Source: an uncultured Clostridiaceae bacterium
GTDB lineage: Bacteria > Bacillota > Clostridia > TANB77 > CAG-508
Reading direction: 5' to 3'
Length of the DNA stretch: 64,000 nucleotides
Assembly (NCBI GenBank): GCA_949927585.1
Contig: CATLFA010000004.1
Coordinates: 11,385 to 75,384, forward strand
Below the pieces are notes generated by a model that was not told the DNA's origin, ran no database searches, and was given only the letters and a program-made list of their open reading frames with translations. Shown piece after piece: positions 9,434 to 20,252 of the stretch. Position 1 is the stretch's first letter. Every line of letters begins with the position of its first letter. A program made the position numbers and the translations under genes.

Positions 9434-12264
9434 CTAGTTTAGGTATTTCTTTAAGAATTTTCCAGTGTAGCTTTGCTCATTTCTTACTATTTGTTCTGGT
9501 GAGCCTACTGCTATTATTTGTCCGCCTTTGTCACCGCCTTCTGGGCCTAGGTCTATTATATAGTCGGCGGTTTTTATTAGGTCTAAGTTGTGTTCTATTA
9601 CTATTATGCTGTTTCCGGTGTCTACTAGCCTTTGCAATATGTCTACTAGTTTGTGAACGTCTGCTATGTGAAGTCCAGTTGTTGGCTCATCTAAGATATA
9701 TAGTGTTTTTCCAGTTGCTTTTTTTGATAGTTCAGTTGCTAATTTTACACGTTGTGCTTCTCCACCAGATAATGTTGTTGATGGTTGCCCTAGTTTGATA
9801 TAGCCTAAACCTACATCATATAGTGTTTGTATTTTATTTTTTATTTTTGGTAGGTTTTTGAAGAATTCTAGTGCTTCTTCTACTGTCATATCTAGTACGT
9901 CTGATATTGTTTTTCCTTTATATTTTACTTCTAAGGTTTCTTTGTTATATCTTTTTCCATGGCATACTTCACATGGCACATATACATCTGATAAGAAGTG
10001 CATTTCTATTTTTAATATACCATCTCCGTTACAAGCTTCACACCTTCCACCTGCTACGTTAAAGCTGAATCTTCCTTTGTCATATCCACGCATCTTTGCT
10101 TCATTTGTTCCTGCAAATAAGTCTCTTATAAAGTCAAACACTCCTGTATATGTTGCTGGGTTTGAACGTGGTGTTCTTCCTATTGGTGATTGGTCTATGT
10201 TTATTATTTTGTCTATGTTTTCTAGTCCTTTTACTTCTTTACATTTTCCTGGTTTTTCATTTGAACCGTTTAAATCTCTTGCTACTGTTTTATATAGTAT
10301 TTCATTTACTAGTGTGCTTTTTCCTGAGCCTGAAACACCTGTTACACATACAAATTGACCTAATGGGAATTTTACATTTACATTTTTTAGGTTGTTTTGA
10401 TTAGCTCCCTTTACTTCTATTGCTTTACCATTTGATTTTCTTCTTTTTGAAGGAACTTTTATTTGCTTTCTTCCACTTAGGTAGTCTCCCGTGACTGAGC
10501 CCTCTACTTTTTTAATTTCTTCAGCAGTTCCGCTGAGCCATTACTTTTCCTCCATGTACTCCTGCACCTGGTCCTATATCTATTATTTGGTCTGCAGCAT
10601 ACATTGTGTCTTCATCGTGTTCTACTACTAGTACTGTATTTCCTAAATCTCTTAATTTTTTTAGTGTTGCTATTAGTTTGTCATTATCTCTTTGGTGAAG
10701 ACCTATACTTGGTTCATCTAGTATATATAGTACTCCTGTTAGGCCAGAACCTATTTGTGTTGCTAAACGTATACGCTGTGCTTCCCCTCCTGATAAACTT
10801 CCTGCATTTCTTGATAGTGTTAAATATTCTAGCCCTACATCCATTAAAAATTGAAGCCTTTTGTTTAGTTCTTTTAAAATTTGGTCTGCTATCATTGCAT
10901 CTTTTTTGGTTAAAGTTAAAGAATTTAGGTAATATTTTATTTTATCTATTGACATGTCTGTTAGTTCATTTATGTTTTTATCTCCCACTTTTACTGATAA
11001 GCTATTTTTACTTAAACGTGCTCCACTACATGTAGGGCAGTCGCTTTCGCTCATGTACATTTCGTAAAAATCTCTCATTCCTTGTGATTTTGTTTCACTA
11101 TGACGTCTTTCTAAGGTTGGTATTACTCCTTCAAAAGGCTGTGAAAACTTTCTTGTTCCTGCAAACGAAGTATATTCGAAATCTATTACTTCATCTCCTG
11201 TACCATAAAGAATTTTTTCCATAAAATCTCGTGATAATTTTTTTATTGGTACATCTTTTATTTTTACTCCATAGTGTTTAGCTATACTTTCAAAATACAT
11301 TTTTGCCATAGTATCACCTTTTTTCATAGTGCTTGAACCAAATGCTTTTACTCCATCGTATAAAGTTTTGTTTTTGTCTGGTATAATTAGTTCTTCGTCC
11401 ATTTTCATTAAAAAACCTATTCCACTACAACTTGGGCATGCTCCATATGGGTTATTAAATGAGAACATTCTTGGTGTTAATTCTCCTATGCTTATTCCAC
11501 AGTCTGGGCAGGCATAGTTTCCACTATATAATGTTTCTGTTTTGTTTGTAGCATCTTCTATTAAAACTAATTTTTCTGCATATTTAAAAGCCATTTCTAT
11601 GTCTTCTGCTAGTCTACTTCTAATGTCTTCTTTTACAACTAGTCTATCTATTATTAGTTCTATGTTGTGTTTTTTCTTTCTATCTAAAGTTAAATCATCT
11701 GAAAGCTCTACTGTTTCACCATCTACCCTAGCACGTACAAAACCTTCTTTTTGATAGCTCTCTAATTGTTTTACAAATTCGCCTTTTCTTCCTCTTACTA
11801 TTGGTGCTAATACTTGAAGTTTTGTTCCTTCTTCTAGTTGCATAACCATATCTACTATTTGGTCTACTGTTTGTTTTTGTATTTTTTTACCACAGTGTGG
11901 GCAATATGGTACACCTATTCTTGCATATAGTAAACGGATGTAGTCATATATTTCTGTTACTGTTCCTACTGTAGAACGTGGGTTTTTTGAAGTTGTTTTT
12001 TGGTCTATTGATATTGCTGGTGAAAGCCCTACTATTGATTCAACTTCTGGTTTTTCCATTATACCTAAAAATTGCCTTGCATAGCTTGATAAGCTTTCTA
12101 CATATCTTCTTTGGCCTTCTGCATATAGTGTGTCAAAGGCAAGTGAAGATTTACCGTGAGCCTGATAAGCCCGTTATTACTACTAGTTTGTCACGTGGTA
12201 TTTCTATATTTATATCTTTTAAGTTATGTTCTTTTGCACCTTTTATTATTATTTTATCGTTCAT
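9434..12264 (-). CDS. uvrA: excinuclease ABC subunit A; +1 shifts at CGGT 12153-12156 and CGGA 10529-10532
   Basis: Two ABC modules, zinc fingers, LSGGEAQR twice; restored [12 protein letters not shown] and AQGTAEEI; joined length 942 aa. Confidence 0.97.
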
Positions 12265-12280
12265 TTTTTCCTCCCTTAGT

Positions 12281-12325
12281 TCCCATTGGGGACGTTTCCT
12301 TTTGGGGTATCTGTCCCTTTTGGGA
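12281..12325. repeat. GGGACAG-type intergenic repeat (reverse-complement copy at 59097-59140)
   Basis: AAAAGGGACAGAT...GGAAACRTCCCCAATGGGA at both loci; related GGGACAGTCCC at about 9191 and 9398. Confidence 0.7.
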
Positions 12326-12682
12326 ATATTATACTATATTGTTTTATAAAAAACAAGAGTTTGGTAATTATTTCCTATAAAACAAAAAGTCAACTTTAAG
12401 TAAAGTTGACTTTTTGTTTTGTTTATTTACTATTATTTAATTCTTCATTGAGTGATATTAATTCCTTCATCGTTACATATTGTCTTTCTAGAACTTTTTT
12501 AGTGAAATTTATTGTTGTAGTTCTAGAAACCACTATATCTCCTATTTTGTTATTAGAAGCGGATGTCTTTTATATTTAGCATTATTTATTAAAATCTATT
12601 GCATTTTATGTAAATATTTGTTATAATTTGGGTATTGTAACGTATAAATAATTTTTCTAATAATTATAAGGAGGATTAATTT

Positions 12683-13273
12683 ATGATGAAATTACGGAAA
12701 TGGAGTTCTTTAAACAAGGCTGAGAAACTTGGAAGGAAAAATGCACTTAAGTCTACACTTATACTTGCTATTCCTCTATTCTTTTTAATATTACTTCTTG
12801 TACTATATACTTCATCAATACTTCATCTAAGTTTTATTAATGCTATCACACATTTACTATCATATAAGGCACCATTAACTTTAATTCTTTTTTTACTTTT
12901 TCAGTTTGGTTGCCCAATTTTCTATTATTTTACAATAAGGAATGATGCTGTAAATTCTGCATATGATAAAGGAATAAAGGATTGCAGTAAAAAACTTGCT
13001 GAAAAAATTTTAGTTCGTGGCGAGCCTACTAAAGTAAAGCTTCTTAAAACACGAGATGGGTATTACTCAGACTTTATTTTAAATGACTTAAATGGCAGAG
13101 TTGATTATTATGCTGTTTTAGAAGTAAATCGTAATATTATTGTAATTTATCCAAAATTTTCGGATGAAAAGGAAGAAGATTTCTTTGATGATATTAGTAA
13201 TGAAACAAGAAATCCCTTTGATTTCATTGAAATGGAGGAATTTAGTTCTTTTTGTGAAATAGTCGATAATTAA
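12683..13273 (+). CDS. orphan membrane protein
   Basis: Own TTGCAT/TATAAT promoter, AGGAGG SD, two TM segments; triplet CGG at codon 5 (12695). Confidence 0.65.
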   Translation: MMKLRKWSSLNKAEKLGRKNALKSTLILAIPLFFLILLLVLYTSSILHLSFINAITHLLSYKAPLTLILFLLFQFGCPIFYYFTIRNDAVNSAYDKGIKDCSKKLAEKILVRGEPTKVKLLKTRDGYYSDFILNDLNGRVDYYAVLEVNRNIIVIYPKFSDEKEEDFFDDISNETRNPFDFIEMEEFSSFCEIVDN

Positions 13274-13294
13274 AAACTTAAGGAGGTAAACTTT

Positions 13295-13587
13295 ATGACA
13301 AATTACACAGATTATTTGAAAAAAAGAATGGAAACTGAAGCAGAATGGGGATTATTTTGCTGTTATGAAGAAATTACATAAAAAAAAGCTCGGCAACTTC
13401 GGAAATGTGGTTTCGAAGTAACAGATTCAAAAGATTCAAATAAATCTCCCAGAAGACACAGAATAGCTTGGAAGGATGCAGTAGTTCAGTGTGCAGATGT
13501 TCATGCTTTAAATCCTGCAAGTTATGCTTATACTTGGCCTCAGAAGCTGTGGATTATTGCAATGCAGAATAGGAAGTTGTTAGATTA
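13295..13587 (+). pseudogene. orphan ORF interrupted by in-frame TAA at 13379-13381
   Basis: AGGAGG SD and ATG 13295; same frame continues after the TAA to 13587; triplet CGG at 13391 and 13400. Confidence 0.55.
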
Positions 13588-13596
13588 ATTCAGAGT

Positions 13597-13646
13597 ATAA
13601 TACAAAAAAATTCAACCTTTTATTTGGTTGAATTTTTTTGTATTAT
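13597..13646. terminator. long hairpin overlapping the cysE stop
   Basis: ATAATACAAAAAAATTCAACC / GGTTGAATTTTTTTGTATTAT 21-bp inverted repeat between convergent genes. Confidence 0.65.
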
Positions 13647-14152
13647 CTCTCCTGGAATTCCTACTACTGTTGAATTTTCTGGTATATCTTTTAATACTAC
13701 TGCGTTTGCTCCTATTTTTACATTGTTTCCTACCTTTATTGGACCGAAGCACTTTTGCTCCACAACCTACTATTACATTATTTCCTAAATCTGGGTGTCT
13801 TTTATTCTTATCTTTTCCTGTTCCACCTAAAGTTACATTATGATATATTGTACAGTTATTTCCAATTGTCGTTGTTTCTCCTATTACTATTCCCATTCCA
13901 TGGTCTATAAATAACTTTCTTCCTATTTTGGCTCCTGGGTGGATTTCTATTCCTGTAAAAAACCTTCCAAGTTGCGAGTTTAACCTTGCTAGAAAGAATA
14001 GTTTATGTTTGTATAGAAAATGTGATATTCTATGAAATACTAATATGTGAAAACCGTGGGTATAAAATTATTACTTCTAATATATTTCTAGAAGCTGGGT
14101 CTTTTCTTTTTATATTTTTAGCATCTTCGTATAATTCCTTTAAAAATTTCAT
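13620..14152 (-). CDS. cysE: serine O-acetyltransferase; +1 shifts at CGGT 14053-14056 and 13743-13746
   Basis: DPA, restored [23 protein letters not shown], restored VLGPI, VVGIPG; joined length 176 aa. Confidence 0.93.
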
Positions 14153-14231
14153 ATATATCACCTTTATTATTATATGAATTTTTAGTAAAAATGTTATTTA
14201 TACTTGTAATTAAAAATCAAAGAGTTGTAAC

Positions 14232-16185
14232 CTAATTTGGTTGCAACTCTTTGATTTTATCTCGTATTTCTGCAGCTTTTTCAAATTCCATTGCTTGTGC
14301 ATATTTTAGCATTTCGTCTGTTAGTTTGTCTATTATTTCTTGCATACTTGCTTCTTCTGATAAGTTGTATTCTTCCTGTGCCTCTTCTATTATGCTTGCT
14401 TTTATTGTTTCTCTTATTGATTTTTTTATTGTTTGTGGTATTATTCCATGTTCTTCGTTATATTTACATTGTATTGCTCTTCTTCTGTTTGTTTCTGTAA
14501 TTGCTTTTTCCATACTTTCTGTTAGTTCATCTGCATACATTATTACTTTTCCTTCAGTGTTTCTTGCAGCACGACCTATAGTTTGTATTAGTGAACGTTC
14601 TGAACGTAGGAAACCTTCTTTGTCTGCATCTAATATTGCTACTAATGAAACTTCTGGAATGTCTAAGCCTTCTCTTAAAAGGTTTATTCCAACTAGTACA
14701 TCAAATTCACCTAACCTTAAATCTCTTATTATTTCCATTCTTTCTAAAGCTTTTATGTCTGAGTGCATATATCTCACTTTTATTCCTATTCCTGCTAAGT
14801 AACTGCTTAAGTCTTCTGCCATTTTTTTAGTTAGTGTGGTTACTAGTACTCTATCACCTTGTTCTATTCTTTGCCTTATTTGTTCAATTAGGTCATCTAT
14901 TTGATTTGCCACTGGTTTTACTTCTATTATTGGGTCTAATAGTCCTGTTGGACGTATTATTTGTTCTACTACATTTTCCTTTGAATGTTCTTTTTCATAG
15001 TCTGCTGGTGTTGCACTTACAAATATACATTGATTTACTCTTTGCTCAAATTCTTCAAATTTAAGTGGTCTATTGTCAAAGGCTGATGGAAGTCTGAAAC
15101 CATATTGTACTAATGATTCTTTTCTTGCTCTATCTCCATTATACATTGCTCTTACTTGTGGAACTGTAGCATGTGATTCATCTATTAGTAGTAGAAAGTC
15201 TTTTGGAAAATAGTCAAATAATGTAAATGGCGGACTTCCTTCTTCTCTTCCACTTATATGTCTTGAATAGTTTTCTATTCCTTGGCAGAAACCTGTTTCT
15301 TTCATCATTTCTATATCAAAGTTTGTTCTTTCTTCTATTCTTTGAGCCTCTATTAATTTACCAATTGACTTAAAATATTCTACTCTTTCTTCCTTTTCTT
15401 TATCAATAGTTGCAATTGCTCTTTCCATTTTTTCGCTGGTTGTTACATAGTGTGAGTTTGGAAATATTATAACATGATTTCTTGTAGCCTCTGCTTTACC
15501 TGTTAATGGATTTATTTCCGATATTTTTTCTATTTCATCTCCCCAAAACTCTACACGTATTGCTGTTTCTGACTCATCTGATGGGTATATTTCTACTATG
15601 TCACCTTTTGCTCTAAATGTTCCTCTTTTGAAGTCTAATTCATTTCTTGTATATTGCATATTTATTAGTTTTTTAAGCATTTTGTTTCTTTCAACCTGCA
15701 TTCCTTGTCTTAAAGAAACTGCCATATTTTCATAATCAATAGGGTCACCTAAACCATATATACATGAAACAGATGCAACTATTATTGTATCCCTTGTTTC
15801 AAACAAAGATGCTGTTGCACTATGGCGAAGCTTGTCTATTTCATCATTTACTGAAGAATCCTTTTCTATATATGTGTCTGATTGTGGAATATAGGCTTCG
15901 GGTTGGTAGTAATCATAATAGCTTACGAAGTATTCAACGTTATTCTCTGGAAAGAACTCTTTGAATTCTGAATATAGTTGCCCTGCTAATGTCTTATTAT
16001 GTGCTAAAACGAGTGTTGGCTTCTGCACTTTTTGAATAATATTTGCCATTGTGAAAGTTTTTCCGTGAGCCTGTAACACCAAGAAGAGTCTGGAATTTCT
16101 TGCCTTCTTCTATTCCTTTTGATAGATATTCTATTGCCTGTGGTTGGTCACCTGTTGGTTTATATTCTGAATGTAATTTAAACAT
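14232..16185 (-). CDS. uvrB: excinuclease ABC subunit B; +1 shift at CGGA 16062-16065
   Basis: PTGDQPQAI, restored [31 protein letters not shown]; joined length 650 aa. Confidence 0.97.
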
Positions 16186-16400
16186 CTTATCTCCTTTTAA
16201 TTTATACTTTATCAATTTTAACTATTTCTAGATATTTTATTATAGGTACAATTTTTTCTTATTAATAGCATATGTTTTGTTTCCCATGTCTAGCAGTTAT
16301 TAAATTTTTCTTTAGACTGAATTTTCATTTAATTGTTCTTTAAAATACAACACATTTTAAATAAATATTCTAAATTTTATTTTATCTTGTATACATATAT

Positions 16401-18179
16401 TTATTTTAGTCTTAAGTAACCTAATTCGTCCCAATAATTATATGCTAAGTTTAATTTAAACACTACTTTTGGCTTAGCTCCAGCTCTATTTTTGTCTACT
16501 ACACATGCATAATATCTTACATCTGGATCTTTTGAAACTTCTAGGTCATAAAATTTTGTATCTACCTCATTTAATGAATATTCATATTTGTGTAAATCTT
16601 CATTATGGATTTGTTTTATTAAGCATAATATATCTAATACTTCTTTTACTGTTCTACTTACTGCTAAGTCATTAACATTTACATTTATTGGTAATGTTTC
16701 AGATTCTGCAAGCTGTATTGATGAAGCTATAAAAATATTTAAGTCTTGTGCTAAATTTGAAAGAATAGTTGCTGTTCTTTTTATTTCTTCTCCATTACCT
16801 ATATTTTCTGTATCTGTTTTTAATGTATCATAAAATACATATTCTATTTGCTCTTTATAATAATAATTTAAAATTACTTTTTCTAATTCATCATTTGTAT
16901 GATTTGTTAAGTTTACAAAATATATTGAATTTCTTACTTGCTCTTCAAGCCAGTTTGTTGCTTCTATTGTACTATTAAATTCACTAGAGACTTTTTCTAA
17001 TCTTTTTGAAAATTCTCTTTGAGTCTCATGTTCCTCTTTTAATACAAATCCTCCTTCGTCTTTTTCTACATTTGCATTTTTATCTGGTCTAAATTTAAAC
17101 TCAAGAATTTCTCCTTCTGTTTTGCATAGTTTTTGATTATGTAATTTTTGAATTTTTTCATTATTAAGTATTGTTGTTATTAAACATAATTTCATTTTTT
17201 CTTCAGACATTTCATTTGAAATTATTAATACCTTTTTATTATGTAATAATGCCAAATTTGCTGCTAAGTTAATTGTAAACCTACTTTTACCAGAGTTAGA
17301 TGGCATAGCATAAACAAAAGTTTCACCTTTTCTAATTCCTTTAAACACACTAGTTAATATAGGAAATGGAAGCTCTAAACCTTGTGTTAAATTATTCTCT
17401 CCTGAAATTAGAAAGTTTGTAATATCATCATTTAAAACAGATCTTCTATATTTCTCTGTTGCTGTTATTTGTTCTATTGCACTTTTTGTATCTTCTATTG
17501 TCATTTTGTTATATAATTCATAATTTACAATATCTGCAATCATTTCTTTTGTTTCTTTTATTGGATTATGCATATAATTTTTTCTAATTTCAAATAATTT
17601 TCTTAATTCTATATATACCTTTTCAAAGTTTACTTTTAAACTTCTTCCTTTTTCTTTTAACATTTGTTTTAAATCATATGTGTCTGGACTTTCTTTCGGA
17701 AAGTTAAAGCCCTCTTTTGCTATTTCTGGCGTATATTCTTGTCCATCTATAAAAATTGCACCTTTATATAAGTTTAATATTTTTGCACTTTCAAAATAAC
17801 AATCTTTTTTCTCTATATAATACATAGATATAGCCTTTGGATTAGCTAATAGTAAACTAATAAACTGTTCTTCTAAGTTTTTATTACTTAGTTTTTTTGG
17901 ATAAATATTATCTTCTTTCTCTTCTTTAATTATATTATCAGAAATACTATCTTCAGTTTCTTCCTTCGCTATCTCACCATTTTCTTCTTTTTCTTCTTTT
18001 ACTTGTTTTTTATATTCTATTCTTCCCTCTTCTTGTATTCTTTGAAGCTCTTGTACTGCTTCTATATAATTTTCTTCTTTTATTAATCTTCTAACATTTT
18101 CAACATCTTCTTTATTGTCTTTTGTAACTTTTATATTTTTTACTACATTTAGTATTTTATTAATTTTATCTTTATCCAT
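16401..18179 (-). CDS. divergent DnaB-like (SF4) helicase domain protein
   Basis: GIRKGETFVYAMPSNSGKS Walker A, ISNEM, FYDTLK, SIQL, VDKNRAG motifs. Confidence 0.7.
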   Translation of the reverse strand: MDKDKINKILNVVKNIKVTKDNKEDVENVRRLIKEENYIEAVQELQRIQEEGRIEYKKQVKEEKEENGEIAKEETEDSISDNIIKEEKEDNIYPKKLSNKNLEEQFISLLLANPKAISMYYIEKKDCYFESAKILNLYKGAIFIDGQEYTPEIAKEGFNFPKESPDTYDLKQMLKEKGRSLKVNFEKVYIELRKLFEIRKNYMHNPIKETKEMIADIVNYELYNKMTIEDTKSAIEQITATEKYRRSVLNDDITNFLISGENNLTQGLELPFPILTSVFKGIRKGETFVYAMPSNSGKSRFTINLAANLALLHNKKVLIISNEMSEEKMKLCLITTILNNEKIQKLHNQKLCKTEGEILEFKFRPDKNANVEKDEGGFVLKEEHETQREFSKRLEKVSSEFNSTIEATNWLEEQVRNSIYFVNLTNHTNDELEKVILNYYYKEQIEYVFYDTLKTDTENIGNGEEIKRTATILSNLAQDLNIFIASSIQLAESETLPINVNVNDLAVSRTVKEVLDILCLIKQIHNEDLHKYEYSLNEVDTKFYDLEVSKDPDVRYYACVVDKNRAGAKPKVVFKLNLAYNYWDELGYLRLK

Positions 18180-18345
18180 GGTTAATCTCCTTTATAATTA
18201 CTCATAATAAGTATATATATATTGTTTTTCTATTTCAAGTACATTTATATAACATTTATATTACATTTTTACGCAGTTTATATTCCTTGACTTTTTTATT
18301 TTTATTGTGTATGATGATTACAATAATTTTTAGGAGGTTTTATTT

Positions 18346-18756
18346 ATGTCAAAAATTTTAAAAATAGTTATTTTTTTATTAATAATATTATTATGTGTTT
18401 GTACATTTTCGCTTGCAACAGATATAAATATGAATATTATAGAAGAAAGTAATACTTCTAATGGGAATATATCTACTTATTCTAATAATACAAATTCAAA
18501 TAATTATAATAATATAGTAAGTTCTAACGTAATTTCAAATAATAGCAATTATTCTAATATAGTTATTGATGATTCTAGCCTAAATAAAAATTCAAATCCA
18601 GAAAGTACATTATCACAAACACAAGTTAGTAATATTTCAAAAAATGATATTGACGATGGTTTGGGTTTAACAAACATTTTAAATATTTTACTTATTGTTG
18701 TTGGTGTTGTATTAATATTACTTAGTATAGCAATATTAATAAGATTAAATGGATAA
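18346..18756 (+). CDS. secreted/membrane-anchored Asn/Ser-rich protein
   Basis: Signal peptide, low-complexity middle, C-terminal TM. Confidence 0.65.
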   Translation: MSKILKIVIFLLIILLCVCTFSLATDINMNIIEESNTSNGNISTYSNNTNSNNYNNIVSSNVISNNSNYSNIVIDDSSLNKNSNPESTLSQTQVSNISKNDIDDGLGLTNILNILLIVVGVVLILLSIAILIRLNG

Positions 18757-18841
18757 TTTTTTAAGTAATTTTTTCCCTGTATATTTTATGGTTATTTTTT
18801 AAATAATAATAATGACTTTAAATTATATAAGGAGGTAAATT

Positions 18842-19297
18842 ATGAAAAAGAAATTTTATACAATTGCATTATTAATAGTTAGTATGCTTATTTTATCTTT
18901 TTCTTATACATTTGCTGCAAATGAACCACAAGCTGTACAAGGTATTAGAAACGTAGTTGGTGGAGCTGAAAATATTGTAGAAGATGCTGGTAAAGGTATA
19001 GTAGATGGGGTAAGAAATGTTACATCTGGTGGAGAAAATATGATGGAAAATGCAGCTAGAGATGTCCAAAATGGAGCTCAAGATGCTGGAAACCGTATAA
19101 CAGGTGCTATGACAGATGATAATTATGATGCTACAAGAACTACTACAAGAAGTGCTGATGTTAATAATGGTGAAGGAACATTTCTTGGTATTAATGGTAC
19201 AACTTGGGCATGGCTTATAATTGCAGTTGTTGCTGTTGCAATTATTGCTCTTATATGGATGTATGCTAGACAAAATAATAATTCTTATAATGATTAA
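18842..19297 (+). CDS. secreted/membrane-anchored hypothetical protein
   Basis: Signal peptide, GVRNVxxGxEN repeats, C-terminal TM. Confidence 0.7.
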   Translation: MKKKFYTIALLIVSMLILSFSYTFAANEPQAVQGIRNVVGGAENIVEDAGKGIVDGVRNVTSGGENMMENAARDVQNGAQDAGNRITGAMTDDNYDATRTTTRSADVNNGEGTFLGINGTTWAWLIIAVVAVAIIALIWMYARQNNNSYND

Positions 19298-19313
19298 ATA
19301 TAGTTATTGAATA

Positions 19314-19503
19314 TATAGGGTAGGTCTTGTGTCTACCCTTATTCATGTAAATTTTTATATTTTTTCTTTTATTATTTTTCTTTTTGTGTTATAATGTTCA
19401 CATATCGGGTGGACTTAGAGACCATGCCCATACATTTAAATTGGTTTTTCCTATATAAAAATTAGTTTAGTGATGCGGGTCGCCGAACGCTACGACCCCT
19501 ACA
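19314..19503. repeat. cluster of GTAG-type REP-like palindromes (many dispersed copies)
   Basis: GTAGGGG/CCCCTAC-ended imperfect hairpins here and near 2870, 2948, 20202, 22495, 22577, 28400, 29872, 30100, 38542, 46201, 46266, 49002, 49075, 59046. Confidence 0.75.
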
Positions 19504-19537
19504 ATATATATATTTAATATAAAAGAGAGGTACATAT

Positions 19538-19975
19538 ATGTCTAATTTAATTGCTAAAAATCCTATTGCTAGGCATAATTATAATATTAATGATACTGTT
19601 GAGGCTGGTATTGTTTTGACTGGTACAGAAATAAAATCTATTAGAAGCGGTAAGGTTAATTTAAAAGATAGTTATGCTAGTATTGAAAATGGTGAGGTAT
19701 ATATTCATTCTATGCATATTAGCCCATATGAACATGGTAATATTTTTAACAAAGACCCTTTAAGAGATAGAAAATTACTTTTAAATAAAAATGAAATTAG
19801 AAAACTAGTTGGTCAAATTAAACAAAAAGGCTATACTTTAATTCCTATTAGTTTGTATTTTAAAGGTAGTTTTGTTAAGGTTGAGCTTGGTATTGGAACT
19901 GGTAAAAAACTTTATGATAAACGTGAAGATTTGAAGAAAAAAGATGCAGAAATGTATATAAAAAGACATATGTAA
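19538..19975 (+). CDS. smpB: SsrA-binding protein
   Basis: [29 protein letters not shown]. Confidence 0.97.
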   Translation: MSNLIAKNPIARHNYNINDTVEAGIVLTGTEIKSIRSGKVNLKDSYASIENGEVYIHSMHISPYEHGNIFNKDPLRDRKLLLNKNEIRKLVGQIKQKGYTLIPISLYFKGSFVKVELGIGTGKKLYDKREDLKKKDAEMYIKRHM

Positions 19976-20252
19976 TAAATGTAATAAAAATACCCCAAAA
20001 TGACCTGGTCATTTTAGGGTATTTTTCTATTTGTTATAGTTTTGAAAACTCTTTTTTTCTCTAAGGTATGAAAAGCTTTCTACCTTTCCTTTATGCCATT
20101 CTTCTACAGGATATTCTTCAAAAGCTTCGCTAACATCCTTTATTTTTCCTTTTTCTTTTTCTTCAATACATTTATTCTTTTTCAAGTAATTTCGTTGGAG
20201 AGCGGGTCGCCGATGGCTGCGACCCCTACACCCCACAAATGCTTTTTGTTAA

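Noticed and set aside
13379-13381. TAA stop-codon reassignment
   Set aside because: TAA terminates most core genes normally; internal TAAs occur only in orphan or remnant ORFs.
19314-19503. CRISPR array
   Set aside because: Repeats are degenerate, irregularly spaced and dispersed, and no cas genes are present.
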